Positions 1 through 10,007 of a stretch of 64,000 nt of DNA are shown here, piece by piece. The stretch's first letter is position 1. Each line of letters begins with the position of its first letter. The notes below the pieces were generated by a model that had not been told where the DNA came from, ran no database searches, and saw only the letters and a program-made list of their open reading frames with translations. Source of the stretch: Nitrospirales bacterium (lineage in GTDB: Bacteria; Nitrospirota; Nitrospiria; Nitrospirales; UBA8639); the NCBI GenBank assembly GCA_963555755.3, contig OY820905.2, positions 1,440,001 through 1,504,000 of the forward strand, read 5' to 3'. Both the position numbers and the translations under genes were made by a program.

Positions 1-40
1 ACCCAGTAACCTGAGGCAGAAATTCCCTCATGTTCGGTTC

Positions 41-115
41 ATGGAAAGAACGTGCAACGCCGCCAGAGGGGATAAATCGACGCCCAAACATGGGAATTTA
101 TTCTTGCGCGAACCC
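41..115. repeat. Right half of a MITE of the same family as 3954..4110
   Basis: ATGGAAAGAACG(T/A)GCAACGCCGCC...CGACGCCCAAACATGGGAA(T/G)TTATTCTTGCG(C/G)GAACCC followed by TAA matches the right half of the 3954 element; lies just past the MNT stop codon. Confidence 0.8.
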
Positions 116-127
116 TAAGGGCTCGCG

Positions 128-451
128 CTAAAGCCTCATTCCTTCCTCTTTCGCTAGGCGAGAAACAAGGTTGAGCGGTGCGCCCCGTTGTTGAATGGTC
201 AGATCCACGGGCAAATCCATGGCTTCCTCCAACCGAACACGCAGACCCCGTTGAAGCGTCGCGAGCGCTGTGGCCTCCATGCCGGCAACTTCGAGATAGA
301 GGTCCACATCCCCTCCTTTCGCCTGATCGTTCAGTCTGGAGCCAAACAGGCGTAGTTCGTAGCTGGACTCAGGAGGGACCATCGATCGGACTAGTGTGGT
401 GATCACTTCTCGCTGGGCGGGTTGCAGGCGCATAGCTGATACCTTATGCAC
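128..451 (-). CDS. Minimal nucleotidyltransferase (MNT), antitoxin of a HEPN-MNT pair
   Basis: 107 aa; LFGSRLNDQAKGGDVDL is the GS...DxD Pol-beta-type motif, with a downstream VDL strand; overlaps the HEPN gene stop. Confidence 0.85.
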   Translation of the reverse strand: MHKVSAMRLQPAQREVITTLVRSMVPPESSYELRLFGSRLNDQAKGGDVDLYLEVAGMEATALATLQRGLRVRLEEAMDLPVDLTIQQRGAPLNLVSRLAKEEGMRL

Positions 452-926
452 CTATGCCATACTGACGCCGGGCATAATCCTTCATGGCTTGCACGACCGA
501 CAACAGCACCGGGACATACTGCCACGCGGCATTCAGATTGGTAGCCTTTGCCGAATCTTCATCAGGATACTCATGCGTAAAATTGTTTCTGACTTCACGG
601 ATATCCTTCCACTGCTCGCAATCGATGAGCCCGCGTTTTTCCATCAACACAAGCCGTTCCCGTGTTGTCATCTCCCGGCCCGGCACTTCATCCTCGTCCA
701 TCCGAGCAATGGTTTTGAACATCGTTCCTCCTAGGAAATCCTGGAGATCGGAAAATCTTGCCCGAAATCCATCCAGAAACAATAAATCCCGCGGATCCAT
801 ACCTTTTGGGGAAAACGTATCGGGCTGCAAAGGAAAAAGGCCACGCAATTGGATGCCGGCCTGCTCCAATCCCTGAGCAAGCCCTTCCATGCGGGTCACG
901 TTGACAATGGCTATCCGCTTATCCAC
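444..926 (-). CDS. HEPN-domain toxin (nucleotidyltransferase substrate-binding family)
   Basis: 160 aa helical protein; RNNFTHEY is an Rx4H RNase motif followed by Tyr; coupled to the MNT gene. Confidence 0.8.
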   Translation of the reverse strand: MDKRIAIVNVTRMEGLAQGLEQAGIQLRGLFPLQPDTFSPKGMDPRDLLFLDGFRARFSDLQDFLGGTMFKTIARMDEDEVPGREMTTRERLVLMEKRGLIDCEQWKDIREVRNNFTHEYPDEDSAKATNLNAAWQYVPVLLSVVQAMKDYARRQYGIGA

Positions 927-1227
927 TTCGAATTCCTACATCTTTTCATACGTTTCCTACACCCATAGCGTCTAGAATTGCCGTCGCGACTCAGGTTTGT
1001 CAGGTTCACAGTTGGCCCCCTTTGCGTTCGTCATATTCCTTTTGACACGCCGCAATATCTTCAAACCGTTCACTCTTCAAGTTTCTCTAACCCTGAACCT
1101 CCTCGCTCGAGGGTATGACACATATGTCATGATGTCAATTTGAAAATGACCACCATCCACTCATAATGCACCCTATGGCTGTTTCTCGAATGATGGGCCC
1201 AAGACGTTTCAAGTGCCATAGCATTCC

Positions 1228-1267
1228 TTGACAGCCTGCCCATCATGCACTACATTGTAGTGCATGA
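1228..1267 (+). promoter_or_regulatory. Sigma70-type promoter with overlapping palindromic operator for the RHH-PIN operon
   Basis: TTGACA (1228-1233), 17 bp, TACATT (1251-1256); perfect 12-bp inverted repeat TCATGCACTACA-T-TGTAGTGCATGA (1243-1267) covers the -10 box and the ATG. Confidence 0.8.
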
Positions 1268-1557
1268 GTAAGACAGCCGTATATAGCTGGCGTGTGGATC
1301 CCGAGTTGAAGAATGTTTTGGAGCAAACTGCTCGAACGGAACAGATCAGTGTGGCACGGCTTCTCGACCGGATTGTCAAAGATTGGCTTCACCGGAAGGA
1401 CCCCTCGGAAGACGAAGATGTGCAACGGCGATTGCATAAAGCGGCTCGGAAATGTTTCGGTACTATTCGCGGGGGCGATCCTAACCTTGCGTCGCAAGCC
1501 AAGAAGCGCGTCCGTTTGAGAATTCAAGAACGCTATGTCCGCAAACGGGATCATTGA
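1264..1557 (+). CDS. Ribbon-helix-helix antitoxin (VapB-like)
   Basis: 97 aa; N-terminal strand-helix-helix pattern (VYSWRVDPELKNVLEQTARTEQISVARLLDRIV); overlaps the PIN gene. Confidence 0.75.
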   Translation: MSKTAVYSWRVDPELKNVLEQTARTEQISVARLLDRIVKDWLHRKDPSEDEDVQRRLHKAARKCFGTIRGGDPNLASQAKKRVRLRIQERYVRKRDH

Positions 1558-1954
1558 TACCGGAGCCATTCTTGCAATTCTGAATCCCAAAGATCGCTGG
1601 CACGATCGGTGTGTAGAGACATTCTCTACGCTTCACCTACCTTTGGCCACGACAGCGGCTGTGCTCGCTGAGGTGTTTCATCTGCTCAGCACTCATCCAA
1701 AAGACATCACTGCAGCTTGGCGGTTGTTATCCTCCGGCGCGGTTACGGTACTTCCAATAACTGACGCGGATTTGCCAAACCTGGATCGGCTCATGAAACA
1801 ATATGCGGATCGCCCCATGGACTTCGCCGATGCCACACTAGTACATCTCGCAAAACGAGAATCACTCTCCACGATATTCACCATCGACCACAACGACTTC
1901 GAAACCTACTGCATCAACGGCAAACAAAAATTTCGCATCGCCCCTTCTCGCTGA
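1535..1954 (+). CDS. vapC: PIN-domain ribonuclease toxin (VapC-like)
   Basis: IIDTG, VLAE, MDFADA and TIDHNDF supply the conserved PIN acidic residues. Confidence 0.9.
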   Translation: MSANGIIDTGAILAILNPKDRWHDRCVETFSTLHLPLATTAAVLAEVFHLLSTHPKDITAAWRLLSSGAVTVLPITDADLPNLDRLMKQYADRPMDFADATLVHLAKRESLSTIFTIDHNDFETYCINGKQKFRIAPSR

Positions 1955-1965
1955 AGCGTGGGGGA

Positions 1966-2376
1966 ATAGACTTTCAAAATGTTCAACTGAAAGTCGCCAA
2001 GGCCTCACCGCCGAACGAGTGCCAAAATCAAATAAATTGCTCAAGCTCCAAGTAGATCTCGGCACCGAGCAACGGCAAATCGTCGCAGGCATTGGGAAAA
2101 AATACGCCCCTGCGGATCTTGTCGGAAAAACGATCGTGGCAGTCGAGAACTTATAGTATTTTAACTTTCAACTAAGACATCTCAGTCTCCCTCGCCCCTG
2201 TGGGGAGAGGGTTGGGGTGAGGGGTTGTATTCATCCAATAGCTAACACACTATAAAGCCCGCGAAACTCATGGGGGTGGAACTCAGGGAATGGTCTTAGC
2301 GGCAGGGGGGAAAGACGTGCTAGGATTTGTCACGTTGGTGGAGGGTGAAATTGATCCCGGGACGCAGGTAAGTTAG
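1966..2376 (+). pseudogene. tRNA-binding OB-fold fragment (MetG C-terminal domain / CsaA-like), frameshifted and split by a MITE
   Basis: Manual translation: [11 protein letters not shown] / [50 protein letters not shown] [MITE] KPAKLMGVE / QGMVLAAGGKDVLGFVTLVEGEIDPGTQVS*; no start codon seen. Confidence 0.85.
2152..2254. mobile_element. 103-bp MITE with TATAGT...ACTATA termini
   Basis: Imperfect TIRs TATAGTATTTTAACT / AGCTAACACACTATA; interrupts a recognisable reading frame between ENL and KPAK; inverted copy at 29795..29897. Confidence 0.85.
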
Positions 2377-2651
2377 GCTCCGGGAAATCAGTTAGGAACC
2401 GAACGAGTCAAGGCTTACGAAGGCCCTGTGGCCCATCATCCTTCGTCCCGTCATTCTCGCGGCACCGGGCAAGACGAGCTACCCCAGAGGTTTACACGCG
2501 GGAATCTAGAGTTTCGAACTCCACGAATGGATGCCCGCTGATTCCTGAGAGCATAACAGACAAAGAATGAAGGGCATGTGGCTCATCTTGAGACGATCGT
2601 GCACAATGCCATATGAAACCCAAGCTTTCACACAGCAGTTTAGGAAAAGAC

Positions 2652-3953
2652 ATGCAGTTATTGGATAAAATACAAAATCATTCGGCAGTTATTGGAGTAG
2701 TCGGGCTTGGATATGTCGGCCTCCCTCTCGCGGTCCTTCAGGCAAAAACGGGATATCAGGTTATTGGCATTGATGAAGACATTGAAAAGGTTGATCAAGT
2801 CAACAAAGGGAAAAGTTACATAGACGATGTGTCGGACAAGGACCTGGCTCAAGCATTGGAAGCAAAACAATTCTCGGCCACGACAAACCTTGGCCTTCTC
2901 GAAAAATGTGACGTGATCCTTATTTGTATACCAACCCCTCTCACCATCAATAAAGAGCCAGACATCAGTGCCATTATCAAGGTCACCAAGGCCATCGCCA
3001 AACACGCACATCCCGAAATGCTGGTCGTGCTGGAAAGTACTTCCTATCCTGGCACAACAGAAGAGGTCATCTTGCCAGAGTTAATAAAAGATGGGCTTCA
3101 AGTAGGAAAAGATTTTTTCCTGGCTTTTTCTCCAGAACGTGTTGATCCCGGAAACCAATCCTTCAACACGCAAAATACCTTTAAGCTCGTTGGAGGGGTG
3201 ACCCCTGCCTGCTGTGACATGGCCAAAACCTTTTACGAACAATCCATTGTTAAAATTTTCGCTACCTCCTCGACAAGAGTAGCAGAGATGACCAAGGTGT
3301 TCGAAAACGTGTTTCGATCGGTGAATATTGCCCTGACTAACGAATTAGCCATGCTGTGCGACAGGATGGACATTAATGTGTATGAAGTGATTGATGCCGC
3401 AGCCACCAAGAACTTCGGGTTTATGCCCTTCTACCCTGGACCGGGTGTAGGAGGCCACTGCATCCCTTTGGACCCGTATTATTTATCGTGGAAGTCAAAG
3501 GAATACGACCTGCACACGCGGTTTATTGAATTGGCAGGAGAAATCAATGAAGGGATGCCCTACTTCGTTGTTGCAAAACTTCAACGGATCCTGAATCAAC
3601 GAACGCAATGCTTAAATGGAGCGGGCATTCTTGTTTTGGGCGTGACGTATAAGGCCGATACTGGCGACTCACGTCAATCGCCAGCCACCAAAGTCATGGA
3701 GTTATTACACAAAGAAGGCGCCCAACTCACTTATGTTGATCCGTATGCGGAAAGGCTCCAAATAGGAGATGTCGAGTTGAGTGCGAAAATTTTATCTCCT
3801 TCCCTATTGGCAGAATGCCATTGCGCCCTCATTCTCACCGCCCATTCCAGTTTCGATTACGACCTGATCGTGAAACATGCCCCAATTGTATTTGACACCC
3901 GGAATGGTACTCGAAATGTTCAAGAGGAAAAAGAAAACGTCATCTTGTTATAA
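2652..3953 (+). CDS. Nucleotide-sugar 6-dehydrogenase (UDP-GlcNAc/ManNAc dehydrogenase, WbpA/WecC family)
   Basis: VVGLGYVGLP, LESTSYPGTT, FSPERVDPG and PGPGVGGHCIP (catalytic Cys); AGGA upstream of ATG 2652 (ORF track starts at 2613). Confidence 0.92.
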   Translation: MQLLDKIQNHSAVIGVVGLGYVGLPLAVLQAKTGYQVIGIDEDIEKVDQVNKGKSYIDDVSDKDLAQALEAKQFSATTNLGLLEKCDVILICIPTPLTINKEPDISAIIKVTKAIAKHAHPEMLVVLESTSYPGTTEEVILPELIKDGLQVGKDFFLAFSPERVDPGNQSFNTQNTFKLVGGVTPACCDMAKTFYEQSIVKIFATSSTRVAEMTKVFENVFRSVNIALTNELAMLCDRMDINVYEVIDAAATKNFGFMPFYPGPGVGGHCIPLDPYYLSWKSKEYDLHTRFIELAGEINEGMPYFVVAKLQRILNQRTQCLNGAGILVLGVTYKADTGDSRQSPATKVMELLHKEGAQLTYVDPYAERLQIGDVELSAKILSPSLLAECHCALILTAHSSFDYDLIVKHAPIVFDTRNGTRNVQEEKENVILL

Positions 3954-4110
3954 GGGTTCCCGCAAGAATAACTTCCCATGTTTGGGTGCTGAGACACCTG
4001 TCTGGCAAGGCGCGAGGACTGCGCATACTCCTCGTATGGAAAGAACGAGCAACGCCGCCAGGCGGGATGGATCGACGCCCAAACATGGGAAGTTATTCTT
4101 GCGGGAACCC
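3954..4110. mobile_element. 157-bp MITE with 33-bp perfect TIRs and TAA target duplication
   Basis: GGGTTCCCGCAAGAATAACTTCCCATGTTTGGG ... CCCAAACATGGGAAGTTATTCTTGCGGGAACCC, with TAA on both sides; the left TAA is the dehydrogenase stop; sits between convergent genes. Confidence 0.9.
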
Positions 4111-4126
4111 TAAGAACCCCACGTCG

Positions 4127-6043
4127 CTACGCCACCCTCCTCGCTTCAGCAACCCACTCACCATCGATAAACATTCGATGCCACAATTCAAGCATCAGCA
4201 AATTCCAAATGGGATAATGCCAAGCTCTGACCTTGTTGACATGTTCATGCAAGAGACGTTCGACAACCTCTCTCTTAAAATAACCGCGTTGGATCGATCG
4301 AGGGGACAATAATATATCATAAGCAAAGTCGCGGAGTTCATTCCTTAACCAATGATCAATAGGAACCCCAAACCCCATTTTAGGGCGATGTAAAATTTCC
4401 GGTGGAAGAAGGTCACTGACGGCTTTTTTCAAAAGATATTTTTTGTTCGATCCTCTCAGTTTCATGTGGGCCGGCAAACTTGCACAAAATTCCATGACCT
4501 CATGATCAAGAAAAGGCGAACGAGCTTCCAAGCCATGTGCCATGGTCGCGATATCAACTTTGACCAATAAATCATCGGGCAAATAGGTGTTCACATCAAC
4601 GTCTAACGTCGCATCTATCATATTCGTCGCATCTGATCGCTGAAAGGCATCCAGAAGAAGGTCCGTGGACTCGCTCCCTCCACATCCGACCTTAAATTCT
4701 TCGGTGCATAGTTCAGTTTTTAAGCCAGCATCAAAATGGCTCATCCACAGACTGTATCGATACTCTGGAGAATGGGATAAGGCTGAAGTAAAGCGCTTCA
4801 CTCGACTGATAAGCGTTTTCGATTCTTTTGGTTCAGGAAGAAAACGAGCGGCAGTTTCGAGCCACCTTCTCAAGAAAGCGGGCAGGCGATCATACCGCCC
4901 ACTCAAAACATTGGCCAAGTATCTATCGTACCCCGCTAAGTCTTCGTCTCCCCCATCTCCATTCAGGGCAACCGTGACATATTGTTTGGTCATCTCAGCC
5001 AAATAAAACGTAGGGATGGCTGAAGAATCCGCAAACGGTTCATTATAGTGCCAGGTTAATCTTGAAAAGATTTCGGAAGGTTTAGGCGTGACGACAAATT
5101 CTTGATGCCGTGTTCCAAACCTGTTGGCAACAGTCCGGGCAAAGGATAATTCATTGTACGCTTCCTGCTCGAATCCAATCGAAAACGTGTTGAGCGGTGA
5201 AGCCCCCAGTTGCGCCATGATGCCCACCACAACACTCGAATCAATACCTCCACTGAGAAACGCCCCAAGGGGAACATCACTGATCAATCGACATTTCACT
5301 GCCTCCTCGAGTTTCTGAATAAGCTCCTGAGAAGCCTCCTGTTCAGAGCCTGTATAATTTTGGCTATAGGATAATTTCCAATAACGTTCAATACTTACCT
5401 GTCCATTTTCAACAACTAAAAAATGGGCAGGTGGCAGCTTACGCACTCCCCGAAAGGCAGACCAAGGATGTGGAACGTATTGATACGTTAGATAATGGGA
5501 GATGCCTTCTAAATCCGCTTGAGGTCTAAACTGTGGATCGGCTAAAAAGGCCTTGGGTTCTGAAGCAAAGCCAATTCCTTGCTCATCCAGCCAATAGTAC
5601 AGTGGTTTTTTCCCAACCCGGTCTCTAGCCAAAAAGAGTTTGCGATGACGCTTATCCCAAATTCCAAAGGCAAACATTCCTCGAAAATGTTCAACACACT
5701 TTACGCCATATTCACGATACGCGGCCAAGACCACTTCCGTGTCACTCTGGGATTTGAAGTGATGACCTAGTGCCTCAAGAATCTCCCTCACTTCTCGAAA
5801 ATTATAGATCTCGCCGTTGTACGTAATGCAAAATTGACCATCATCACTCACCATTGGTTGGTGGGCGGCTGGTGAAAGGTCAATGACCGCTAATCGTCGA
5901 TGACCAAACCCAACTGAGCCGTCTTGAAAAACGCCTTGCCCATCAGGACCTCGGTGAGCCAGAAGGTTTGACATTCTAACTAGAACTGTCTCCTCAACTG
6001 GTTCACCGGAAAAACAATTATATCGGCCTAAAATGCCACACAT
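4127..6043 (-). CDS. asnB: Asparagine synthase (glutamine-hydrolysing)-like amidotransferase of a glycan locus
   Basis: N-terminal MCGI, HRGPD, YNGEIYN, RDRVGKKPLYY, LSGGIDSS and EARSPFLD. Confidence 0.92.
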   Translation of the reverse strand: MCGILGRYNCFSGEPVEETVLVRMSNLLAHRGPDGQGVFQDGSVGFGHRRLAVIDLSPAAHQPMVSDDGQFCITYNGEIYNFREVREILEALGHHFKSQSDTEVVLAAYREYGVKCVEHFRGMFAFGIWDKRHRKLFLARDRVGKKPLYYWLDEQGIGFASEPKAFLADPQFRPQADLEGISHYLTYQYVPHPWSAFRGVRKLPPAHFLVVENGQVSIERYWKLSYSQNYTGSEQEASQELIQKLEEAVKCRLISDVPLGAFLSGGIDSSVVVGIMAQLGASPLNTFSIGFEQEAYNELSFARTVANRFGTRHQEFVVTPKPSEIFSRLTWHYNEPFADSSAIPTFYLAEMTKQYVTVALNGDGGDEDLAGYDRYLANVLSGRYDRLPAFLRRWLETAARFLPEPKESKTLISRVKRFTSALSHSPEYRYSLWMSHFDAGLKTELCTEEFKVGCGGSESTDLLLDAFQRSDATNMIDATLDVDVNTYLPDDLLVKVDIATMAHGLEARSPFLDHEVMEFCASLPAHMKLRGSNKKYLLKKAVSDLLPPEILHRPKMGFGVPIDHWLRNELRDFAYDILLSPRSIQRGYFKREVVERLLHEHVNKVRAWHYPIWNLLMLELWHRMFIDGEWVAEARRVA

Positions 6044-6053
6044 AGATTAACCA

Positions 6054-6243
6054 CTTAAATCCTGCGTGAAAATGGCCATTTCTCACTTGCAGAACCAAGA
6101 CAGTTGTTCAATTTAACACTGGTTCTTGGCATAACATGAACCTAACCGGAGGTTAGCTTCATGTCGAGCATGTCATTCATATCTTTGCATTGATTTATAA
6201 AGGGTCTATTGAAAAGATCGTATCAGTTCACGCAGGATTTAAG
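6054..6243. mobile_element. 190-bp non-autonomous IS derivative
   Basis: Perfect 17-bp TIR CTTAAATCCTGCGTGAA / TTCACGCAGGATTTAAG; TAACCA directly repeated at 6048-6053 and 6244-6249. Confidence 0.85.
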
Positions 6244-6310
6244 TAACCAAGATTACTTGCCCATTAAAATTATCTTGGGGAAAATGACATTCGATGCCTG
6301 CCAGGCAAGA

Positions 6311-7768
6311 TCAACCCTCACCAGTTGAAACTTTAGTAGAAAAGTTATCTAAAAAAGAAAAACGAGCGGAAATTCCAAGGGCTATTAGCAACCACAATAG
6401 TTGTGGGTGTCCGAGTGTCATCCAGCCTACAGTCTGATTCACCACAATAAAACTGAGGCCCCATGAAGCTGCTGCAATGGGTAGGGCGTGATCCGTGACC
6501 CGAGGGAGACTTCTTCCCCAGGCTAGTACTTTAAGGAAGACCAAGATCATTCCAACGCAGAATAATAGGAACAAGGCCAAACCTATAATTCCAAGCTCAG
6601 CAGTAACCCGCAACCATGCATTATGAATACTTCTGACATTCGACCAGAGGAGTTGAGGGTTAGTGAAATACTTATTCACTCCAAATAGATCATGACTCCT
6701 AACGTACGATATATAACCATTTGATCTAGTAAAGCCAACCCCAATGAGAGGCTGTTGCTTAATAATTTCCGCGGCAACGATAAAAGACAAGAAACGGTTG
6801 CTTCCTGCTTCAACCAAATGAAGCGTCAATTGCCCCATTCGACTAATAGGATACCTTTTCAACACATTCTCTTTATCTGAACGGTCTTCCCAAGAAGGAC
6901 CGCCATTATCTTTTAAGGGCCAAGAGGCAGGGGAAGGGATAGTTTTGGATTCATAGTATTTGTTCCTCGGAAGCTCCAAGGCAAAACATACCTCAATCCC
7001 TACATAAGCTGTTACATGTGCCAACAATAAAATGAGAACAGCAAATGCATGCCGTTTACCCAAAGCAAGGATAAGCATTCCGGCTACCAAAGTAACCCCT
7101 AAGGCCATTTTCCCTCCGGCAATTGCCAGGACGAAGGCAGAAAGCCATGTTCTAAACGGTTTGTACAGCAAAGCATTTTTGACCACGAAGAATCCAAGGA
7201 TAGGAGAGATACCATCAGACAAAAATCCCATTGCACGAACTGACCCATCCCGATAACTGTGGATCTCACCGAGTCCAAGGAAAAACGAAGCGAAAAGCTG
7301 CAAAACAACAAACAGCTCAAAAGCGTTGAAAGCCCTCTCTAGAACCTTCCAATTGTTGGCTCGAATCAGCATGATAGAGATCGCGAAAAGCCCTGAAAAA
7401 CTGGCAAGCCAAAGGACAGAAACTTTTCCACCAAATACTGCTGATCCCCGTGAATCCAAAAAGTGCTGAAGAATTATCCATAAACCAAGTCCTCCTATAG
7501 AGGCCCACACTATGCCGAGGTTTGAAAAAGCATTGAGCCACTTACGTCCAACGATTCCAACGATCACAAGCGCACTGACAAAAATAAATTCTCCTTTCCA
7601 TTCAGGGGGAGTAAGAATTAGGATTACCCCTTGGAAAATTGTGAAAACTAAGACAAGCGACTCTAAGCTAAAAAAAAGAGAATTTTGAAACTTTCTCGGA
7701 TCTTTTTTGAAATATGATGCTAATGGATAAAGAATTGTGATTAACTTGTCGTTACTAATAAACCTCAC
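6311..7768 (-). CDS. O-antigen ligase/polymerase (Wzy_C)-like membrane protein
   Basis: Many hydrophobic segments, a large loop, then PLIGVG and HNAWLRVTAELGIIG. Confidence 0.8.
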   Translation of the reverse strand: MRFISNDKLITILYPLASYFKKDPRKFQNSLFFSLESLVLVFTIFQGVILILTPPEWKGEFIFVSALVIVGIVGRKWLNAFSNLGIVWASIGGLGLWIILQHFLDSRGSAVFGGKVSVLWLASFSGLFAISIMLIRANNWKVLERAFNAFELFVVLQLFASFFLGLGEIHSYRDGSVRAMGFLSDGISPILGFFVVKNALLYKPFRTWLSAFVLAIAGGKMALGVTLVAGMLILALGKRHAFAVLILLLAHVTAYVGIEVCFALELPRNKYYESKTIPSPASWPLKDNGGPSWEDRSDKENVLKRYPISRMGQLTLHLVEAGSNRFLSFIVAAEIIKQQPLIGVGFTRSNGYISYVRSHDLFGVNKYFTNPQLLWSNVRSIHNAWLRVTAELGIIGLALFLLFCVGMILVFLKVLAWGRSLPRVTDHALPIAAASWGLSFIVVNQTVGWMTLGHPQLLWLLIALGISARFSFLDNFSTKVSTGEG

Positions 7769-7915
7769 AGGATATACCTTGTCTTGGGTGGTGGACTATT
7801 GTGCTTAGGTCTTCAACGACACACAATTTGAAGGACCAGAAATTAGAACCTTAACGTGGAGTTCGAAATAGCAAGAAATTTCTTCTATCTCTCCAGCAAC
7901 TCAAAGGTCGATTTT

Positions 7916-8770
7916 TTATTTTTGAGCACTCCTTGAGGACTTATATCCCACTGCGCACCAGAATGGCATTTGTGGACTAAATTTAACGCGCTCTAGCCCT
8001 GCATTTCCCATCATGGTTAAGATTTGCAACTTGGTAAATCGCTTCTCCAACCTGGTACCGAAACGATCCAGAGCATCGGTTCTCATGGAGTAAAATGACT
8101 TATTGCGATAAGCACTCAAGGGCCAGCTATGAACAGATACACCTAATTTTTCCAAACCATTTCCTGTTCGGGCCAGGGGAAAATAAACAGACACTGCGAT
8201 GATTTGAGAAAGAATATACTTAAGCCGATGAGGTAATCTTGAAATGAAGCGTCTTGCAACATCGCTTATCTCCCATAGAAATCGATACCAGATCGGTTGG
8301 TTATCAAACGCATAATACAAATAAACTAGAAAGGGCGCACCTGGCTTTAATTTTCGCACACAATCCATAATGCCTTGTTGGGTGTTGGGGATATGATGCA
8401 AAACTCCTAGTGAGTATCCAAAATCCATCGAATTGTCCGCAAACGGCAAATCACCAATCGTATTGCGGTGAAAGGTGCAGTTGGGCAGATGCTGCAAATT
8501 CTTTCGGGCAACCTCGACCGCACTGGATGGGTCAACACAATACAAATGACCGACTCGTGAAGCAGCCAAGACAGCCCATCTTCCAGCGCCACAACCAGCA
8601 TCAAATCCTATGGCATGAGGTGAAAGCTTCTCCCATGGAAATACCGAAAAATAGGCTTCAAACTGTAGCTTACGTTCAGCATCTGGCAAACCTCTCTGAT
8701 CGAACCTTTGCCATTCTTCACCAAAATCTGCCACAACGGCATGATCTACATTCTCCATCTTCTCATTCAT
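7916..8770 (-). CDS. Class I SAM-dependent methyltransferase
   Basis: GFDAGCGAGRWA, LPFADNSMDF, SLGVLHH and LKPG. Confidence 0.9.
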   Translation of the reverse strand: MNEKMENVDHAVVADFGEEWQRFDQRGLPDAERKLQFEAYFSVFPWEKLSPHAIGFDAGCGAGRWAVLAASRVGHLYCVDPSSAVEVARKNLQHLPNCTFHRNTIGDLPFADNSMDFGYSLGVLHHIPNTQQGIMDCVRKLKPGAPFLVYLYYAFDNQPIWYRFLWEISDVARRFISRLPHRLKYILSQIIAVSVYFPLARTGNGLEKLGVSVHSWPLSAYRNKSFYSMRTDALDRFGTRLEKRFTKLQILTMMGNAGLERVKFSPQMPFWCAVGYKSSRSAQK

Positions 8771-8934
8771 AAGCCCTACCCAAATCGAGATCCTCCCTGT
8801 TTAGTCCTTTAGCAGAAAGATAAACGGATCTGTTTACGACAGATAGAGAGCCAGAAACCGAAATTTTGGACCATTCCATCCTGGCGGTAGAATAACATTG
8901 ACATACCGCGCAGGAGAGCTACGGCTTGACTTCT

Positions 8935-10007
8935 TCAAAAATTTCTTCCCAGCACATTGTCAAGAATGTACTCCGCCGGCAAGCCATGAATGCTTTTTGA
9001 AAGACTAATACGGGTACCATCATCCCGCATCATAGCCTCCAGCACTGCTGCTAACGCATTATCACGGTCACCGTTGCCTTCTACAAGTGCACCATTTTCC
9101 CCAGGCCGAATCAGCTGATTAATTCCAAGGCAATCAGCAAAACCGACTGAAGGCAGACCATGAGCTAGTGCCTCTGCCGTTGTCAGACCAAAGCTCTCAT
9201 ACCGTGATGAAGACACGAATAGCTGCGCCGCCATGTATTCCTTGAAAACATCCTTTGTAGCCCCCACCAACTCAACTCTGCCATTGAGTCCTAAAGCAGA
9301 TATCTGTACTTCCAGTTGCTTTCGCAACCCCCCTTCACCCACGATACGCAAAATCCAGTCAGGCACCCGATCAACAATTTTGGCAAAGGCGTGAATCAAA
9401 GTCGCATAGTCTTTCTGTGGCTCAAGCCGACCAACAGTTAATAAAAGCTTGTGAGGTTTCTGCGAACCTGATGCGTCTGCGCGCCCATGCGCACGCACAT
9501 TTACTGGATTAGGAACAGTAACCATTTTGCGCTGAAGGGATGGAGAAAAAGAGTGTAACACTTGCTCAGAAACACATGTAACACGTTTAGCCAATAATGG
9601 GATAAGTCGAAGAAGCAGTGCTTCCACAGGCCGTGAGCGGTAATACTTCTGCTCGATATGTTCACTGGCGATCAATGGGATCGAGGTACCCACTAATGCC
9701 AACCCGAGCGGAATGAACATGCTGTGCATGAAGCCGATCACCACGTCCGGTGCATGCGCACACACACTTGCCCGCAAGGCCACTATTCTGGGCAGAGCGT
9801 TCAGGACCGTCAACCGGGCGTTGGTCGAACCAACGCCTAGCTCAATCCGTATGATTCGTCGATCAAGTGAATAGAAGGATTGGCCGCCGGGCGGATCAAA
9901 GGACAGCATCCCGACCTTGTGTCCACGATCCACTAATCCCCCGGCAGAACCCGTTCTGCCCCGCCACCGGCGTTGTTCATAGCCTTGATGCAGAATAGCA
10001 ATCTCAT
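8935..10007 (-). pseudogene. GT4 glycosyltransferase with frame-breaking lesions near both ends
   Basis: N-terminus MRLLFCIKAMNNAGGGAERVL starts at 10007 (ATGA overlap with the upstream gene) but is out of frame with the 8935..9933 body (VGRLEPQKD, ESFGLTTAEA); the C-terminal WEEIL lies in another frame. Confidence 0.8.

Noticed and set aside
2448..2556. Degenerate GTCATTC(C)CGC...GCGGGAATC...TGGATGCCCGC palindromic repeat
   Set aside because: Single, decayed copy in the window; boundaries cannot be supported.
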